A stretch of 64,000 nucleotides of DNA from Candidatus Staskawiczbacteria bacterium (lineage in GTDB: Bacteria > Patescibacteriota > Minisyncoccia > Minisyncoccales > Staskawiczbacteraceae), in NCBI GenBank assembly GCA_026395215.1, contig JAPLZC010000006.1:8081-72080 (forward strand). Direction: 5' to 3'. Every line of letters begins with the position of its first letter. Position 1 is the first letter of the stretch. The notes under the pieces are model-generated. The model saw only the letters and a program-made list of their open reading frames with translations, had not been told where the DNA came from and did not search any database. A program made the translations under genes and the position numbers. Below, in pieces: positions 28,548 to 38,845 of this stretch.

Positions 28548-29951
28548 ATGAAAATCAAAAAAAGTTGGATAGTCATAATAATAATTATTTTGTTGCTTGT
28601 TGGGTACTTTTTTATAAAGCCGCTTTTTAAAAGTCCGACAGATGGGCTGGTTACAGAAAAAATTGTGAAGGGCGAAGTTTTGCAGGAGGTTTCTGAAACC
28701 GGAAGCGTAAAGGCAACTGAAGATGTTGGTTTGGGTTTTAAATCAATTGGGAAAGTTTCAAAAATAAATGTTGAGGTGGGCGATAAGGTAAAAAAGGGAG
28801 ATATTTTGGCATCTTTGGATGCTAGTCAAGTTTTAGCTCAATTACAATCAGCCAAATCTGCCTTAGACTATACAACCAGCCAATATGACAGCGGAGTGTC
28901 TTCGGCTAGAGATGATTTGAGGTCAGCTTACAACAGTGCCCTAAATGTTTTGAACGATACCTATACAAAAATTTATAATTCTTATAATGCCGTGGTTGAT
29001 TTGCAAAATACTTATTTTTTAACCACAGACCAAGAAGGAATCGAAGTCCTAAACAGTAAAAATGACATACAAAAAAAGATGTCTGATGTGAAATCGTATC
29101 TAGATCTGGTGCAGGCAAATTCAAATTCTGCCATTGACTCTGCAGTCTCTGTGGTTTTGACCGATTTAGACAGTATTTATAATGATTTAAAAATTATTCG
29201 GGCTCAGTGCGATAGTGGAATTTATTATAATAATGTTTCTTCAACCAGCAAAATCTCTATTGATACTCAAAAAACAAATATAAATACTGCTATTACAAAC
29301 TTAACAGCCTCGCAAACTAGCATAAGCTCTTATAAAATTGCCTTGCAAAAGGCAGAAGATAGCACGGTGGAACAGGCGCAGGCTGATGTGGACTCTTTGC
29401 AGAGCCAGTTAAATGATAATTACCTTGCCAGTCCAATAGATGGAATAATCACCCAAGTAAATATAAAAAAAGGCCAGGTTGCTTCGCCAACTCAGACGGC
29501 AATTAATATGCTTTCTACTGAGCCGTTTCAAGTAAAAGTAGCTATTTATGAGCAAGATGTTGTAAATGTAAAAGTTGGAGATGCTACAAAAGTAAACTTA
29601 GTGGCTTTTCCAAAGCAGACATTTCTCGGAAAAGTTTTGTCAATTGATCCGGCCGAAACTATAATTGATAATGTTGTTTATTATAAAGTGACTATTGAAT
29701 TTCCAAACCAGCCAGATGGAATTAAATCTGGTATGACTGCCGACATTACAATTGAAACCAATAAAGCAGAAAATGTTTTGCGAATTCCTAAGAACGCTGT
29801 TCTGCAAACAAACGGCACTCAAACAGTTCAAATTGCTAAAAATGGACAAATACAAAACGTCACAATTACCACCGGTCTTGAGGGCAATGACTACTTTGAA
29901 GTTTTGTCCGGGCTTAAGGAAGGCGACGAAATTATCACAGGAAAAAAATAG
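28548..29951 (+). CDS. Efflux periplasmic adaptor (MacA/HlyD-like)
   Basis: N-terminal TM; G.V..I.V.VGD.VKKG; SPIDG; KSGMTA. Confidence 0.88.
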   Translation: MKIKKSWIVIIIIILLLVGYFFIKPLFKSPTDGLVTEKIVKGEVLQEVSETGSVKATEDVGLGFKSIGKVSKINVEVGDKVKKGDILASLDASQVLAQLQSAKSALDYTTSQYDSGVSSARDDLRSAYNSALNVLNDTYTKIYNSYNAVVDLQNTYFLTTDQEGIEVLNSKNDIQKKMSDVKSYLDLVQANSNSAIDSAVSVVLTDLDSIYNDLKIIRAQCDSGIYYNNVSSTSKISIDTQKTNINTAITNLTASQTSISSYKIALQKAEDSTVEQAQADVDSLQSQLNDNYLASPIDGIITQVNIKKGQVASPTQTAINMLSTEPFQVKVAIYEQDVVNVKVGDATKVNLVAFPKQTFLGKVLSIDPAETIIDNVVYYKVTIEFPNQPDGIKSGMTADITIETNKAENVLRIPKNAVLQTNGTQTVQIAKNGQIQNVTITTGLEGNDYFEVLSGLKEGDEIITGKK

Positions 29952-29956
29952 AAATT

Positions 29957-30670
29957 ATGACAGATGTGCTGATAAAATTGGAAAATGTGTGGAAGACTTA
30001 TAAGCTGGGAGAAACTCCACTTTCGGTTTTGAGGGGCGTTAATTTGGAAATTACGCAGGGGTCTTTTGTTACAATAATGGGGCCGTCGGGCTCGGGTAAA
30101 TCAACTTTAATGTATATGCTTGGGCTCCTAGATACGCCGTCTCAGGGCAATATTTTGTTACAAGGGCAAGATACTACAAATTTTTCAGAAGATAAGTTGG
30201 CAGAAGTTCGCGGAAAAAGAATTGGATTTATTTTTCAGCAATTTAATTTGCTACAGAACCTGACCGCTTTAGAAAATGTGATGCTGCCAATGATTTTTCA
30301 GGGAATTTCAGAAGGGAAAAGAAAGGAGAAAGCAAAACAGCTTTTAGAATCGGTAAGTTTGGGACATAGAATAAATCACAAGCCCTCAGAAATGTCCGGA
30401 GGAGAACAGCAAAGAATTGCCATTGCCAGGTCCTTGGTAAATGATCCGGAAATTTTAATTGCCGATGAGCCAACAGGAAACCTAGACTCTACAACCGGAA
30501 AGGCAGTTATGGAAATTTTAACAAAACTGCATAGAGAACAGAAGAAAACAATTGTGGTGGTAACTCACGACCCAAACATTGCCAAATACAGCCAAAATGT
30601 AATTCACATACAAGATGGCTTAATTGTTGCAAATCATTTTCAAGAATCAGAAATTTTATGGCAAAAATAG
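29957..30670 (+). CDS. ABC transporter ATP-binding protein (MacB/LolD-like)
   Basis: GPSGSGKST, MSGGEQQR, ADEPTGNLD. Confidence 0.95.
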   Translation: MTDVLIKLENVWKTYKLGETPLSVLRGVNLEITQGSFVTIMGPSGSGKSTLMYMLGLLDTPSQGNILLQGQDTTNFSEDKLAEVRGKRIGFIFQQFNLLQNLTALENVMLPMIFQGISEGKRKEKAKQLLESVSLGHRINHKPSEMSGGEQQRIAIARSLVNDPEILIADEPTGNLDSTTGKAVMEILTKLHREQKKTIVVVTHDPNIAKYSQNVIHIQDGLIVANHFQESEILWQK

Positions 30671-31893
30671 ACATTAACAACCTAAAAGAATATTTAAAGA
30701 TTGCTGTTAAAACAATATCCACCAGGCGGATTAGATCTTGGCTTACAACAATTGGAATTGTAATTGGAGTGTTTTTAATTGTTTCTCTTCTTTCTCTTTC
30801 CCAAGGTTTAAAAAATGCTGTTTTGCAACAGTTGAACATGATGGGCAAGGATTTAATTACAATTATGCCCGGAGATATTACAAATGTTTCTTCCATGATG
30901 AGCGGGCAAAAATTAACAGACGCAGATTTAAAAATAATAAAAGAAACTGAAGGTGTTGATATTATTGTGGCCATGGACTATACATCTGTGGTTGCAAGAT
31001 ACGACAATCAAAAGAAAACTGTTTTAATTTATGGAGCTGATTGGAGGAATGATTTGGATATTTTTAAAAATGATATGGGTTGGTCGGTTTCGCAGGGCCA
31101 ATGGCCAAGTCCGGGGAGGGCTGAGGTGGTTGTGGGCAGTATTGTGGCGTCTGATACATTTGGCGGCCTGAGGGTTGGCAATGAGATTGTCATAAAAGGC
31201 AGAAAATTTATAGTTGCCGGAATTTTAAATTCAGTAGGGTCAAAACAGGATGACTCTATGATAGGTGTTGATTCAAATATTTTTCAATCAATTACCGGTG
31301 AACGCAATGGAGCTAAAATGACAATGGCAAAAATAGAAGCAGGATATTCAGCGGATTTTGTTGCTGAAAAATTAAAAAGTAATTTAAATGAAAATAGAAA
31401 GCGTCAGATTGGTCAAAAAGAAAATGATTCTTCTTACACTGTTTTAACCTCGGCAACATTGTCATCAATAGTGGGTAACGTAATGGGCTTGATACAGGCA
31501 GTTATAATTGGCTTTGCATCTATTGCTATAGTTGTTGGCGGTATTGGAATTATGAACACAATGTACACCTCTGTTTCTGAAAGGACAAAAGAGATTGGAA
31601 TTATGAAGGCTATAGGAGCTAAAAACAGGACAATCATAACTATATTTTTGATAGAGTCGGGAATTTTTGGTATGCTGGGCGGAGTTGGAGGAACCTTATT
31701 GGGGCTGATTTTTGCGAAAACAATTGAAATTTATTTTCAGATACATCCATTATTTTATTTACGGGCCGACGTAAGTCCCGGGTTAATTCTGTTTTCCCTT
31801 TCTTTCTCTTTTGTGATTGGATGCGTTTCCGGATATTTTCCTGCTAGAGCTGCCGCAAAATTAAAGCCAGTTGACGCTTTGCGTTATGAATAG
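30658..31893 (+). CDS. ABC transporter permease (MacB/FtsX family)
   Basis: RSWLT.IGI.IG, GIMNTM..SV.ERTKEIG, PARAAAKL.PVDALRYE. Confidence 0.93.
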   Translation: MAKIDINNLKEYLKIAVKTISTRRIRSWLTTIGIVIGVFLIVSLLSLSQGLKNAVLQQLNMMGKDLITIMPGDITNVSSMMSGQKLTDADLKIIKETEGVDIIVAMDYTSVVARYDNQKKTVLIYGADWRNDLDIFKNDMGWSVSQGQWPSPGRAEVVVGSIVASDTFGGLRVGNEIVIKGRKFIVAGILNSVGSKQDDSMIGVDSNIFQSITGERNGAKMTMAKIEAGYSADFVAEKLKSNLNENRKRQIGQKENDSSYTVLTSATLSSIVGNVMGLIQAVIIGFASIAIVVGGIGIMNTMYTSVSERTKEIGIMKAIGAKNRTIITIFLIESGIFGMLGGVGGTLLGLIFAKTIEIYFQIHPLFYLRADVSPGLILFSLSFSFVIGCVSGYFPARAAAKLKPVDALRYE

Positions 31894-31931
31894 ATTATGC
31901 TAAAATATAATAATAATTAATTTTTAAAAAT

Positions 31932-32528
31932 ATGTTCAAATTCAATAGGTCCTCCGGCCAGGCTTCAAGATTACTCTTAGTCTTGGCAGTTGTTATTTTA
32001 GTTGCAGTTATAATTGTCTATTTAGTTATGAGAATGGCGGAAAAACCGCCGGCACCTAACTCTGATCCGGCAACAACAATTCCTCAGCCGGTTTACAAAC
32101 AAACGTTGAACAAAATATTATTTTTGTATGAATCTGCTATTGATAGAGGAAATGTATTAAGAGTTTCGCAAATTGCGAGTGGTCAATACAATTCCTATTA
32201 TCAAAAAGATTTTTTTGTATCTAATACGGGAGCAAAATTTATACAAGTTACAATTGGCGCGCAAAACGTTGGCACTGAAAATATAGGACAGGGTGGGTGG
32301 GGACTGGTGAATATTGTTGACTCAGAGGGTAGAAATTTTGTTCCTCTTGATGGATATTCCGTTTCGGCATGGCTTCCAAATCCGGATATGTGCGGGACTT
32401 TACTAAAGCCGGCATTTGACCCAACTCCATGCACTAGAATTTACGAAGTTTCAAAGGTATCGTCGGGATTTAAAATACAAGTTAAAACCGGGGAAAAAAT
32501 GGCGTTAATAGATTTAATTGTTAAATAA
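31932..32528 (+). CDS. Hypothetical exported or membrane-anchored protein
   Basis: N-terminal hydrophobic helix. Confidence 0.65.
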   Translation: MFKFNRSSGQASRLLLVLAVVILVAVIIVYLVMRMAEKPPAPNSDPATTIPQPVYKQTLNKILFLYESAIDRGNVLRVSQIASGQYNSYYQKDFFVSNTGAKFIQVTIGAQNVGTENIGQGGWGLVNIVDSEGRNFVPLDGYSVSAWLPNPDMCGTLLKPAFDPTPCTRIYEVSKVSSGFKIQVKTGEKMALIDLIVK

Positions 32529-32529
32529 A

Positions 32530-32910
32530 ATGTCATTACAAGATAAAAAAGAAGAATTAGAATCACAGGAAAAACCAGTTCCTTTTGGTGAACAGGCGGT
32601 TGTTGAGCAAGAAAAAATTCCAGAGTCTAAAGAGGCCATTCGTGACGAAAAAGAAGTTTCCGATGAGTTAAAAAGGGAAATTGAATTGATGCAGGTTGAT
32701 GATAGTCTCAAAAAACAAGCAGAGCAAAAGGCAAATAAAATTAGTTTTTTGGCGGATGATGATAAATTGAAGCAATTAATGGCTGTAGCCAGGGAAAAAG
32801 GTGTTGTTTTTGCAATTAAGGTTGCAAAAACAATGAATGATCCTTTTCTGTTAGACACACTACACGATGCTTTAGCTCGTGAAGGATATTATAAGGATTT
32901 TGTTAAATAA
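32530..32910 (+). CDS. Hypothetical protein preceding the VirD4-like ATPase
   Basis: A..KG...AI.VA...DP.LLD..HD.L C-terminal motif. Confidence 0.7.
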   Translation: MSLQDKKEELESQEKPVPFGEQAVVEQEKIPESKEAIRDEKEVSDELKREIELMQVDDSLKKQAEQKANKISFLADDDKLKQLMAVAREKGVVFAIKVAKTMNDPFLLDTLHDALAREGYYKDFVK

Positions 32911-32912
32911 AA

Positions 32913-35408
32913 ATGGCGATTATTATTCCGGGTTTAATTTTAGTCTTTTTATTGATAGTCATGGCATTTGTCATGGTTTTAAATGCCGAAACAAATGAAA
33001 AGAATTCAGTTTTTGGTGGTTTGGAAATGACCTTGTTTTTGGTAATGATGCCAAAATACACTCCTAAGAAAGAAGGGGAGCAACAGAAAGAAGAAAAAAT
33101 GTTAATTGCCCAAATGGAGCAGGTTTTTGCAAACTTTCTGTATTTGAAAAAACCAAAAATGTTTCAAACTCCTCCGTCTTGCGCTTTTGAGATTGCGTCT
33201 CAAATTGGAAGTTCTGATATATCTTTTTACGTGGCTGTTCCAAAATATTTGGAAACGGTTTTCGAAAAATATGTGCAGGGAGTTTATCCAAATGCGGTTG
33301 TTGATAAAGTACCGCAAGATTACACAATTTTTGAGCCTCAAGGAGCTACTGCTGCTGCATATCTTAGGCTTTCAGAAAGTTTACTTTTTCCAATTAGCAC
33401 ATATCAGACTTTAGAAACAGATCCTTTGGCTGTGGTCACAAATAATCTTAGCAAAATTTCTGCTGATGAAGGAGGGGCTGTTCAGGTTCTAATTAGACCG
33501 CTGTCTAAATTAAATTTAAGAAGAAAAGGCGAAAAAGCGCTGAAAAAAATAAGAGAGGGAAAAGGAATACGGGAAGCCGTGGTACAAGCATCTCACGGTT
33601 CTTTTAGAGAGGCATTAGAGGATGCATTAAAGGTATTGCTTGGAAAAAGTCAAAAGAAAAAAGAAGAAGAGCTGGGTTTGAGAGAAAAAGAACAAAGCTT
33701 TGATCAAAAAGGGTATGATGCAATTCAAAATAAAATTCAAAAACAACCTTTTGAAGTAAATATAAGAATTGTTTCGTCTGCTCAGTCAGGACAGAGAGCA
33801 GAAGAAATTTTACATCAGCTTACTTCGGCATTCAGCCAGTTTTCTTTGTCAGCCATAAATAGTTTAGAGCCAAAAGAGGTTTATAAAAGAGAATTGCAAA
33901 AATTGGTTTATGATTTTAGTTTCAGAAATTTTAGTGAAAAACAGTCCAATGTGTTGAATCTTGAAGAGTTAGCATCTATTTATCATTTTCCAACGCAATA
34001 TGTTGAAACCCCATATATTAAGGCCGCAAAATCAGTCAGCGCACCTCCGCCTTCAGATTTGCCGGACAAGGGCGTATTGGCAATTGGAAAAGTTACTTAC
34101 AGAAACGAAGATAAAAAAGTTTATTTTGCATCACGCGTAGACAGGCGCAGACACTTTTACTATATTGGACAAACAGGTACTGGAAAATCTTGGTTTATGA
34201 AGGGTATGATTATTCAGGATATTTTAAATGGTGAAGGGGTTGCAGTTATTGATCCGCACGGAGAATTAATAGAAGATATATTGGCATTTATTCCAAAAGA
34301 AAGAATTGATGACGTTGTTATGTTTGAGCCGTTTGATTTGGAAAGGCCATGTGGATTGAATATGCTAGAGTACGACAGTCCCGAGCAGAAAGATTTTGCA
34401 GTGCAAGAAATGATAGCCATATTTATGAAGCTTTTCCCGCCGGAAATTATTGGTCCAATGTTTGAGCACTATATGAGAAACGCAATGTTAGCTTTAATGG
34501 CAGATAAAGATAATCCTGGAACATTGGTTGAGATTCCAAAAATGTTTACCGATCCCGCATTTTTGCAGACACGATTGGCAAAGGTTTCCGACCCTATTGT
34601 GCGATCTTTCTGGACAAAAGAATGGGCGCAAACAACCGGCTCTACAAGGTCTGATATGTTAGGATATGTTGTTTCCAAGCTTGGTAGATTTATTGAAAAC
34701 GAAATGATGAGAAATATTATAGGTCAGTCTCATTCTGGTTTTAATTTGGGCGATATAATGGATGGGAAAAAAATATTTTTGGCAAACTTATCTAAAGGTT
34801 TGACCGGCGAAGTTAACAGTTCGTTGCTTGGATTAATTTTGGTTTCAAAAATGCAAATGGCCGCTATGAGAAGAGCAAGAATTGCCGTAGAAAAAAGAGA
34901 AGACTTTTATTTATATATTGACGAGTTCCAAAACTTCACAACTGATTCAATTGCATCAATTTTATCTGAGGCTAGAAAATATAAGCTGTGCTTAATAATG
35001 GCTCACCAGTATATGCCACAACTAACTGACCAAATTAGGGAAGCGGTTTTAGGAAACGTTGGAACAATGGGGGCATTTAGAATTGGGGCTGAAGATGCAG
35101 AAAAACTAGAAAAGCAATTTGAGCCTGGGTTCTCACGATTTGACCTGGTTAATTTGGATAACTTTACAATGGTAATTAAGATGATGATAAATGATAAAAT
35201 TTCAACTCCGTTTAAAATGAATACTCTTCCTCCGCCAAAAGGCAAGCCAGAAATTGTTGAAGCCATCAAAAAAATATCAAAGTTAAAATACTCCAGAGCC
35301 CGCGCTATTGTAGAACAAGAAATCGCCACCCGTTCTTTCGCCGAACCTCCTCCAGTTGCGCCAGTTGCCCCAACTCCAGTTTCACCCATTATCCCACCTA
35401 AAAAATAA
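32913..35408 (+). CDS. VirD4/TraG/HerA-like ATPase
   Basis: RRRHFYYIGQTGTGKS, IDPHG, LYIDEFQNF, LSEARKY, AHQY. Confidence 0.88.
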   Translation: MAIIIPGLILVFLLIVMAFVMVLNAETNEKNSVFGGLEMTLFLVMMPKYTPKKEGEQQKEEKMLIAQMEQVFANFLYLKKPKMFQTPPSCAFEIASQIGSSDISFYVAVPKYLETVFEKYVQGVYPNAVVDKVPQDYTIFEPQGATAAAYLRLSESLLFPISTYQTLETDPLAVVTNNLSKISADEGGAVQVLIRPLSKLNLRRKGEKALKKIREGKGIREAVVQASHGSFREALEDALKVLLGKSQKKKEEELGLREKEQSFDQKGYDAIQNKIQKQPFEVNIRIVSSAQSGQRAEEILHQLTSAFSQFSLSAINSLEPKEVYKRELQKLVYDFSFRNFSEKQSNVLNLEELASIYHFPTQYVETPYIKAAKSVSAPPPSDLPDKGVLAIGKVTYRNEDKKVYFASRVDRRRHFYYIGQTGTGKSWFMKGMIIQDILNGEGVAVIDPHGELIEDILAFIPKERIDDVVMFEPFDLERPCGLNMLEYDSPEQKDFAVQEMIAIFMKLFPPEIIGPMFEHYMRNAMLALMADKDNPGTLVEIPKMFTDPAFLQTRLAKVSDPIVRSFWTKEWAQTTGSTRSDMLGYVVSKLGRFIENEMMRNIIGQSHSGFNLGDIMDGKKIFLANLSKGLTGEVNSSLLGLILVSKMQMAAMRRARIAVEKREDFYLYIDEFQNFTTDSIASILSEARKYKLCLIMAHQYMPQLTDQIREAVLGNVGTMGAFRIGAEDAEKLEKQFEPGFSRFDLVNLDNFTMVIKMMINDKISTPFKMNTLPPPKGKPEIVEAIKKISKLKYSRARAIVEQEIATRSFAEPPPVAPVAPTPVSPIIPPKK

Positions 35409-35442
35409 TTATATACAAATATAATATTAAAATAATAAAAAT

Positions 35443-36783
35443 ATGAAAAACGAAAGAAATATCGGAGAAGGTAGTGACGTTATTCCACAACCACAAGAAA
35501 CCGGTGTTGTTACTCCACCGGAGGCTGTTGTTGCACCGCCTGAAAAAGGTGGTAAATTATCAGCTGAGGAAAAGTTGGCTGCGCTAGAGCAGGGTATAAA
35601 AGATAGAGAAACAAAAAAAAGAGGCAGAAAGAAGAAAATGGCAGAAGACGTTGTGGATATGGAAGAAGGAAATAAAAAATTGGCGGAAAAAGTTAAAACT
35701 ATTAGCAAAAAGCCAGGTTTTGAGAGCGCAGTGGAATCAGAAACAAAAGGTCTGCGTGCGCAACAAGCGAAGTTAGAACAAGAGGCAGAAGATCTTTCTA
35801 AAAGAGCCAAGGAAATTAAAATTAAGGTTGGACGACTTCGTGGAAATGTAACACGCGGAGAAGAAAAAGACCTAGATGAAGCTCTTGCCGGCGTCGAAGA
35901 AATGGAAAATGAGGTAGCGGTAAAAAAGTCAAATGCTGAAGGTATAAAATACCAAATTTCTGATATAGCAAATAGACACCGCGAGGTGGAAATACAACAA
36001 CAAGTAACCGGTTATAACGCGGAGGAATTTGCTATAGATCAAGTTGCTTTAGCTAACGACCCGGAAAGATTTAATGCAGGTATTGAAGTACCAGAAGATG
36101 AAAAGAAAGAACTTGGAAGAGATGTTAAAGTAGAAGAAACGCGTAGGAAAGAAGAGGGCTGGGCAGAAGATGCGCACAGGGTTTTGAGCGAGTTTAGTGA
36201 GAAGTCGGAAAAAGAATTTCCAGAAGCCGTAGCTCAATTTGAGCAAATACTAAAAACTTTAAATTTTGAAGGTGGTGCAGGCCAGCAGTTATCGGCCAAA
36301 ATTGAAGCGGTAAAACAGGCTGACTCTAAATTAAAGCAAGCTGAGGGCGCATTTTTATTCAGAGATAAGAAACTTGCTAAAGCATATGAGGTTGAGACCG
36401 CTGCAAAAAATATCTTAGCTGAAGCACTTAATGGGTTAATGCAAGAGATAAGGAATGCTTCTCAGTATAGAATTAAGACTGATAAAGGTAGATACTCAAC
36501 GAGGATGTTTGGCTATGATATGTCAAAGGGTGCAATTTCTCCTGCTGAAGCTGACAGGAGCATTGCTTATATAAAGGATACTGTTTCGTCCGGGTCCAGT
36601 GATTATGATAAAAAGCTGGGCCAAACATTGCAAAATCCTGAAATTGCAAATACAATCGAGCAAGAAAGGGCTAAGGTGGTTAGTGAAGCAAAAGTAAAAA
36701 TTGCAGACGTCTCTCAAAGAGAACAGCAGGCTAGGGGAATATTGCAGAAAATTGCTACAGAATGCGGGATAAGAGTGGAATAG
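35443..36783 (+). CDS. Hypothetical coiled-coil protein
   Basis: 446-aa E/K-rich ORF. Confidence 0.7.
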   Translation: MKNERNIGEGSDVIPQPQETGVVTPPEAVVAPPEKGGKLSAEEKLAALEQGIKDRETKKRGRKKKMAEDVVDMEEGNKKLAEKVKTISKKPGFESAVESETKGLRAQQAKLEQEAEDLSKRAKEIKIKVGRLRGNVTRGEEKDLDEALAGVEEMENEVAVKKSNAEGIKYQISDIANRHREVEIQQQVTGYNAEEFAIDQVALANDPERFNAGIEVPEDEKKELGRDVKVEETRRKEEGWAEDAHRVLSEFSEKSEKEFPEAVAQFEQILKTLNFEGGAGQQLSAKIEAVKQADSKLKQAEGAFLFRDKKLAKAYEVETAAKNILAEALNGLMQEIRNASQYRIKTDKGRYSTRMFGYDMSKGAISPAEADRSIAYIKDTVSSGSSDYDKKLGQTLQNPEIANTIEQERAKVVSEAKVKIADVSQREQQARGILQKIATECGIRVE

Positions 36784-36793
36784 ATTTAAACAA

Positions 36794-36825
36794 AAAAACA
36801 CTCCGATGTACATCGGAGTGTTTTT
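36794..36825. terminator. Bidirectional terminator
   Basis: AAAAACACTCCGATGTACATCGGAGTGTTTTT between convergent genes. Confidence 0.85.
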
Positions 36826-36833
36826 GTTTTAAG

Positions 36834-37403
36834 TTATTCTTTTTCTACGCGTTTTACGTATTTGCCGTCTTCGGTGTTGATTTCAATAACGTCGCCTTCT
36901 TCAATGAAGAGGGGGACTTGTACAACTGCGCCAGATTCTAGTACGGCTTCTTTGGTTCCGGCCTGGGCTCGGTCGCCTTTAACTCCGGCGGCGGCTTCCT
37001 TAACTTTTAGCTGAACTTTTATTGGAAGTTTGAAAGTAATAATTTTTTCCTCAAAGACAATTCCGGTAACAATCTCGTTTGGTCTTAAATATTTTGCTTG
37101 TACTCCAATTTGAGCTTCTGTAAAGGAAAGCCTTTTTGACGGGTCATTTGGTTCACAGAAAAAACATTGGCCTTTTGTTTGGTAAAGGAATTTTATTTCT
37201 TTTTTCTCCAAATTAGCTTCGTCAAACATATCTCCCTGTTGGAAGCTTTGTTCTTGAACTCTGCCGTCAACCAAATTTCTTATTTTGGTTCTTACAACCG
37301 GCCGTCTTTGCGCCATTTTCATAGAGTTGGCGTCTAAAACCTCCCAAGGTTGCCCCTCAAAAATAAATTGCGTCCCCGGTTTTAAATCTGTATGGTATAA
37401 CAT
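36834..37403 (-). CDS. efp: Elongation factor P
   Basis: GVKGDRA, K.A.LESG.V.VPLFI..G..I.INT..G.Y..R. Confidence 0.95.
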   Translation of the reverse strand: MLYHTDLKPGTQFIFEGQPWEVLDANSMKMAQRRPVVRTKIRNLVDGRVQEQSFQQGDMFDEANLEKKEIKFLYQTKGQCFFCEPNDPSKRLSFTEAQIGVQAKYLRPNEIVTGIVFEEKIITFKLPIKVQLKVKEAAAGVKGDRAQAGTKEAVLESGAVVQVPLFIEEGDVIEINTEDGKYVKRVEKE

Positions 37404-37409
37404 TTTAAC

Positions 37410-37498
37410 TACTGATTGACACAGATTCTTAACGGATTTTCACGGATCACAGATTTTAGTATCCGTGATATGTGTAAATCCGTAATTTATCTGTGCAA
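37410..37498. repeat. Intergenic hairpin array (AC(A/G)GAT / ATC(C/T)GT units)
   Basis: Four left units followed by three reverse-complement units, upstream of efp. Confidence 0.75.
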
Positions 37499-37509
37499 AT
37501 TTGTTTTAT

Positions 37510-38178
37510 TTATTGTACTATTTTCCATTCTATTTCTTCTTTTTTTCCGGCGTATTCTAGCCATTCGCCGTCTTTTATTACAAACCATTTCTTTTTGGTT
37601 TCGGAGAAAATCATTGGATCGCCTCTATAAAATGGTTTTTTAACTATTTCTTTTGGCTTTAATCTATCTAGTTCAAGCCATTTTTTGAAAACAGTCTCAA
37701 TAGTATAATCTAGTTTTCTAGAATTTGCCCAATTGGCAATCTTGGTTATTGCTTCTTTTGAAGCCTCAACCGAACCTGCTAAATCCAGCAATTGCTTTGC
37801 GGGTTTAGTATACCTAGAATATATTATCTTCCTCTTTTTAGCATTTTCTTTTAATTCTTGCAACCCCAACCCCTTTGTCTGGAAAAAGTGCGCAATTACA
37901 TTCTGTATAGCCGTTTCCTCGTTTAGCTCTTCAAATTCTTTAATTCTTTCATGTTTTATATACTCCTCAATCTTCTTGGCATTCTTCTCCCCAATGCCCA
38001 ATTCCCGTATTCCCTTAAGTCCTTTCTCTTTATATATATCACTAATATCAACCTTCAAATGATTCAAAATATTGATGGCATTCCTATAAGCCCTAATTTT
38101 GTAACTCAAAGCCTTATCTCCCTTAATCTCCAGAAGCCTAATAGTCTCCCCAAATATTTCCGCTATTTCTTTGTTCAT
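37510..38178 (-). CDS. PolX-type N-terminal HhH domain fused to an unknown domain
   Basis: MNKEIAEIF...LLEIKG..YKIRAYRNA...GIGEK.AKKIEEY; no polymerase core. Confidence 0.7.
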   Translation of the reverse strand: MNKEIAEIFGETIRLLEIKGDKALSYKIRAYRNAINILNHLKVDISDIYKEKGLKGIRELGIGEKNAKKIEEYIKHERIKEFEELNEETAIQNVIAHFFQTKGLGLQELKENAKKRKIIYSRYTKPAKQLLDLAGSVEASKEAITKIANWANSRKLDYTIETVFKKWLELDRLKPKEIVKKPFYRGDPMIFSETKKKWFVIKDGEWLEYAGKKEEIEWKIVQ

Positions 38179-38359
38179 GCACCTTCATTTTATCACAAGC
38201 GCAGGGAAGTGGCACTATTGACATTGTCATATTATATTGTAATATAAGAATAATTCTTATTCGGATGGATAAGTCGTCCTTAGCGAGAGCGAAGGATAAG
38301 GAGGTTCTAGTCTTGCCTCAACTCAAGACTGATTAGTACAAATACAAAGGAGGTGCCGT

Positions 38360-38698
38360 ATGGCACGCTTCACAATCACAAACGGTCCCAGCAAATGGGA
38401 GTTTATCTTGGCTATCTTCGACGGGGATTCCCGTGCCCGGAGAGCCGTCACATTCGTTCTTAATGATCCCCGACGTGAACTGTCAGAGGATTATGGAGAG
38501 GTGGTATTGGATGATGCCAATCCTCCTTATCTTACCTTTGTCATCAACGGGGCTGAGAGGGTAGATGGTAGCGATGACAACTGGCATTTCAAGGGTTTTT
38601 ACCCTCACGCCACGGGTCACATCTTTGCGAGGGGTACCTTCTCTACCAAAGACCGCAAAGGATGGGTGGAGTGGGATTGTGACTACTCGAACTCCTAA
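38360..38698 (+). CDS. Hypothetical protein (stand-alone unit)
   Basis: Promoter TTGACA(38218)-N16-TAATAT; AAGGAGGT SD. Confidence 0.75.
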   Translation: MARFTITNGPSKWEFILAIFDGDSRARRAVTFVLNDPRRELSEDYGEVVLDDANPPYLTFVINGAERVDGSDDNWHFKGFYPHATGHIFARGTFSTKDRKGWVEWDCDYSNS

Positions 38699-38797
38699 GT
38701 CCTAGATGGTCAGAAGATCAATTCTTTACCTCAGTCAGTATGGAAGCTGATTGGGGTTCTTTTTTTGGAGAAATATGGTAACATTAAAAAATAAATT

Positions 38798-38845
38798 ATG
38801 GAAAAACGACACAGAATATTTGTGGCGATTAATTTGCCGGGGGAG
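38798..38845 (+). pseudogene. Orphan 5' fragment of thpR (MEKRHRIFVAINLPGE)
   Basis: Matches the N-terminus of thpR at 39668; similarity ends at the REP at 38846. Confidence 0.85.
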
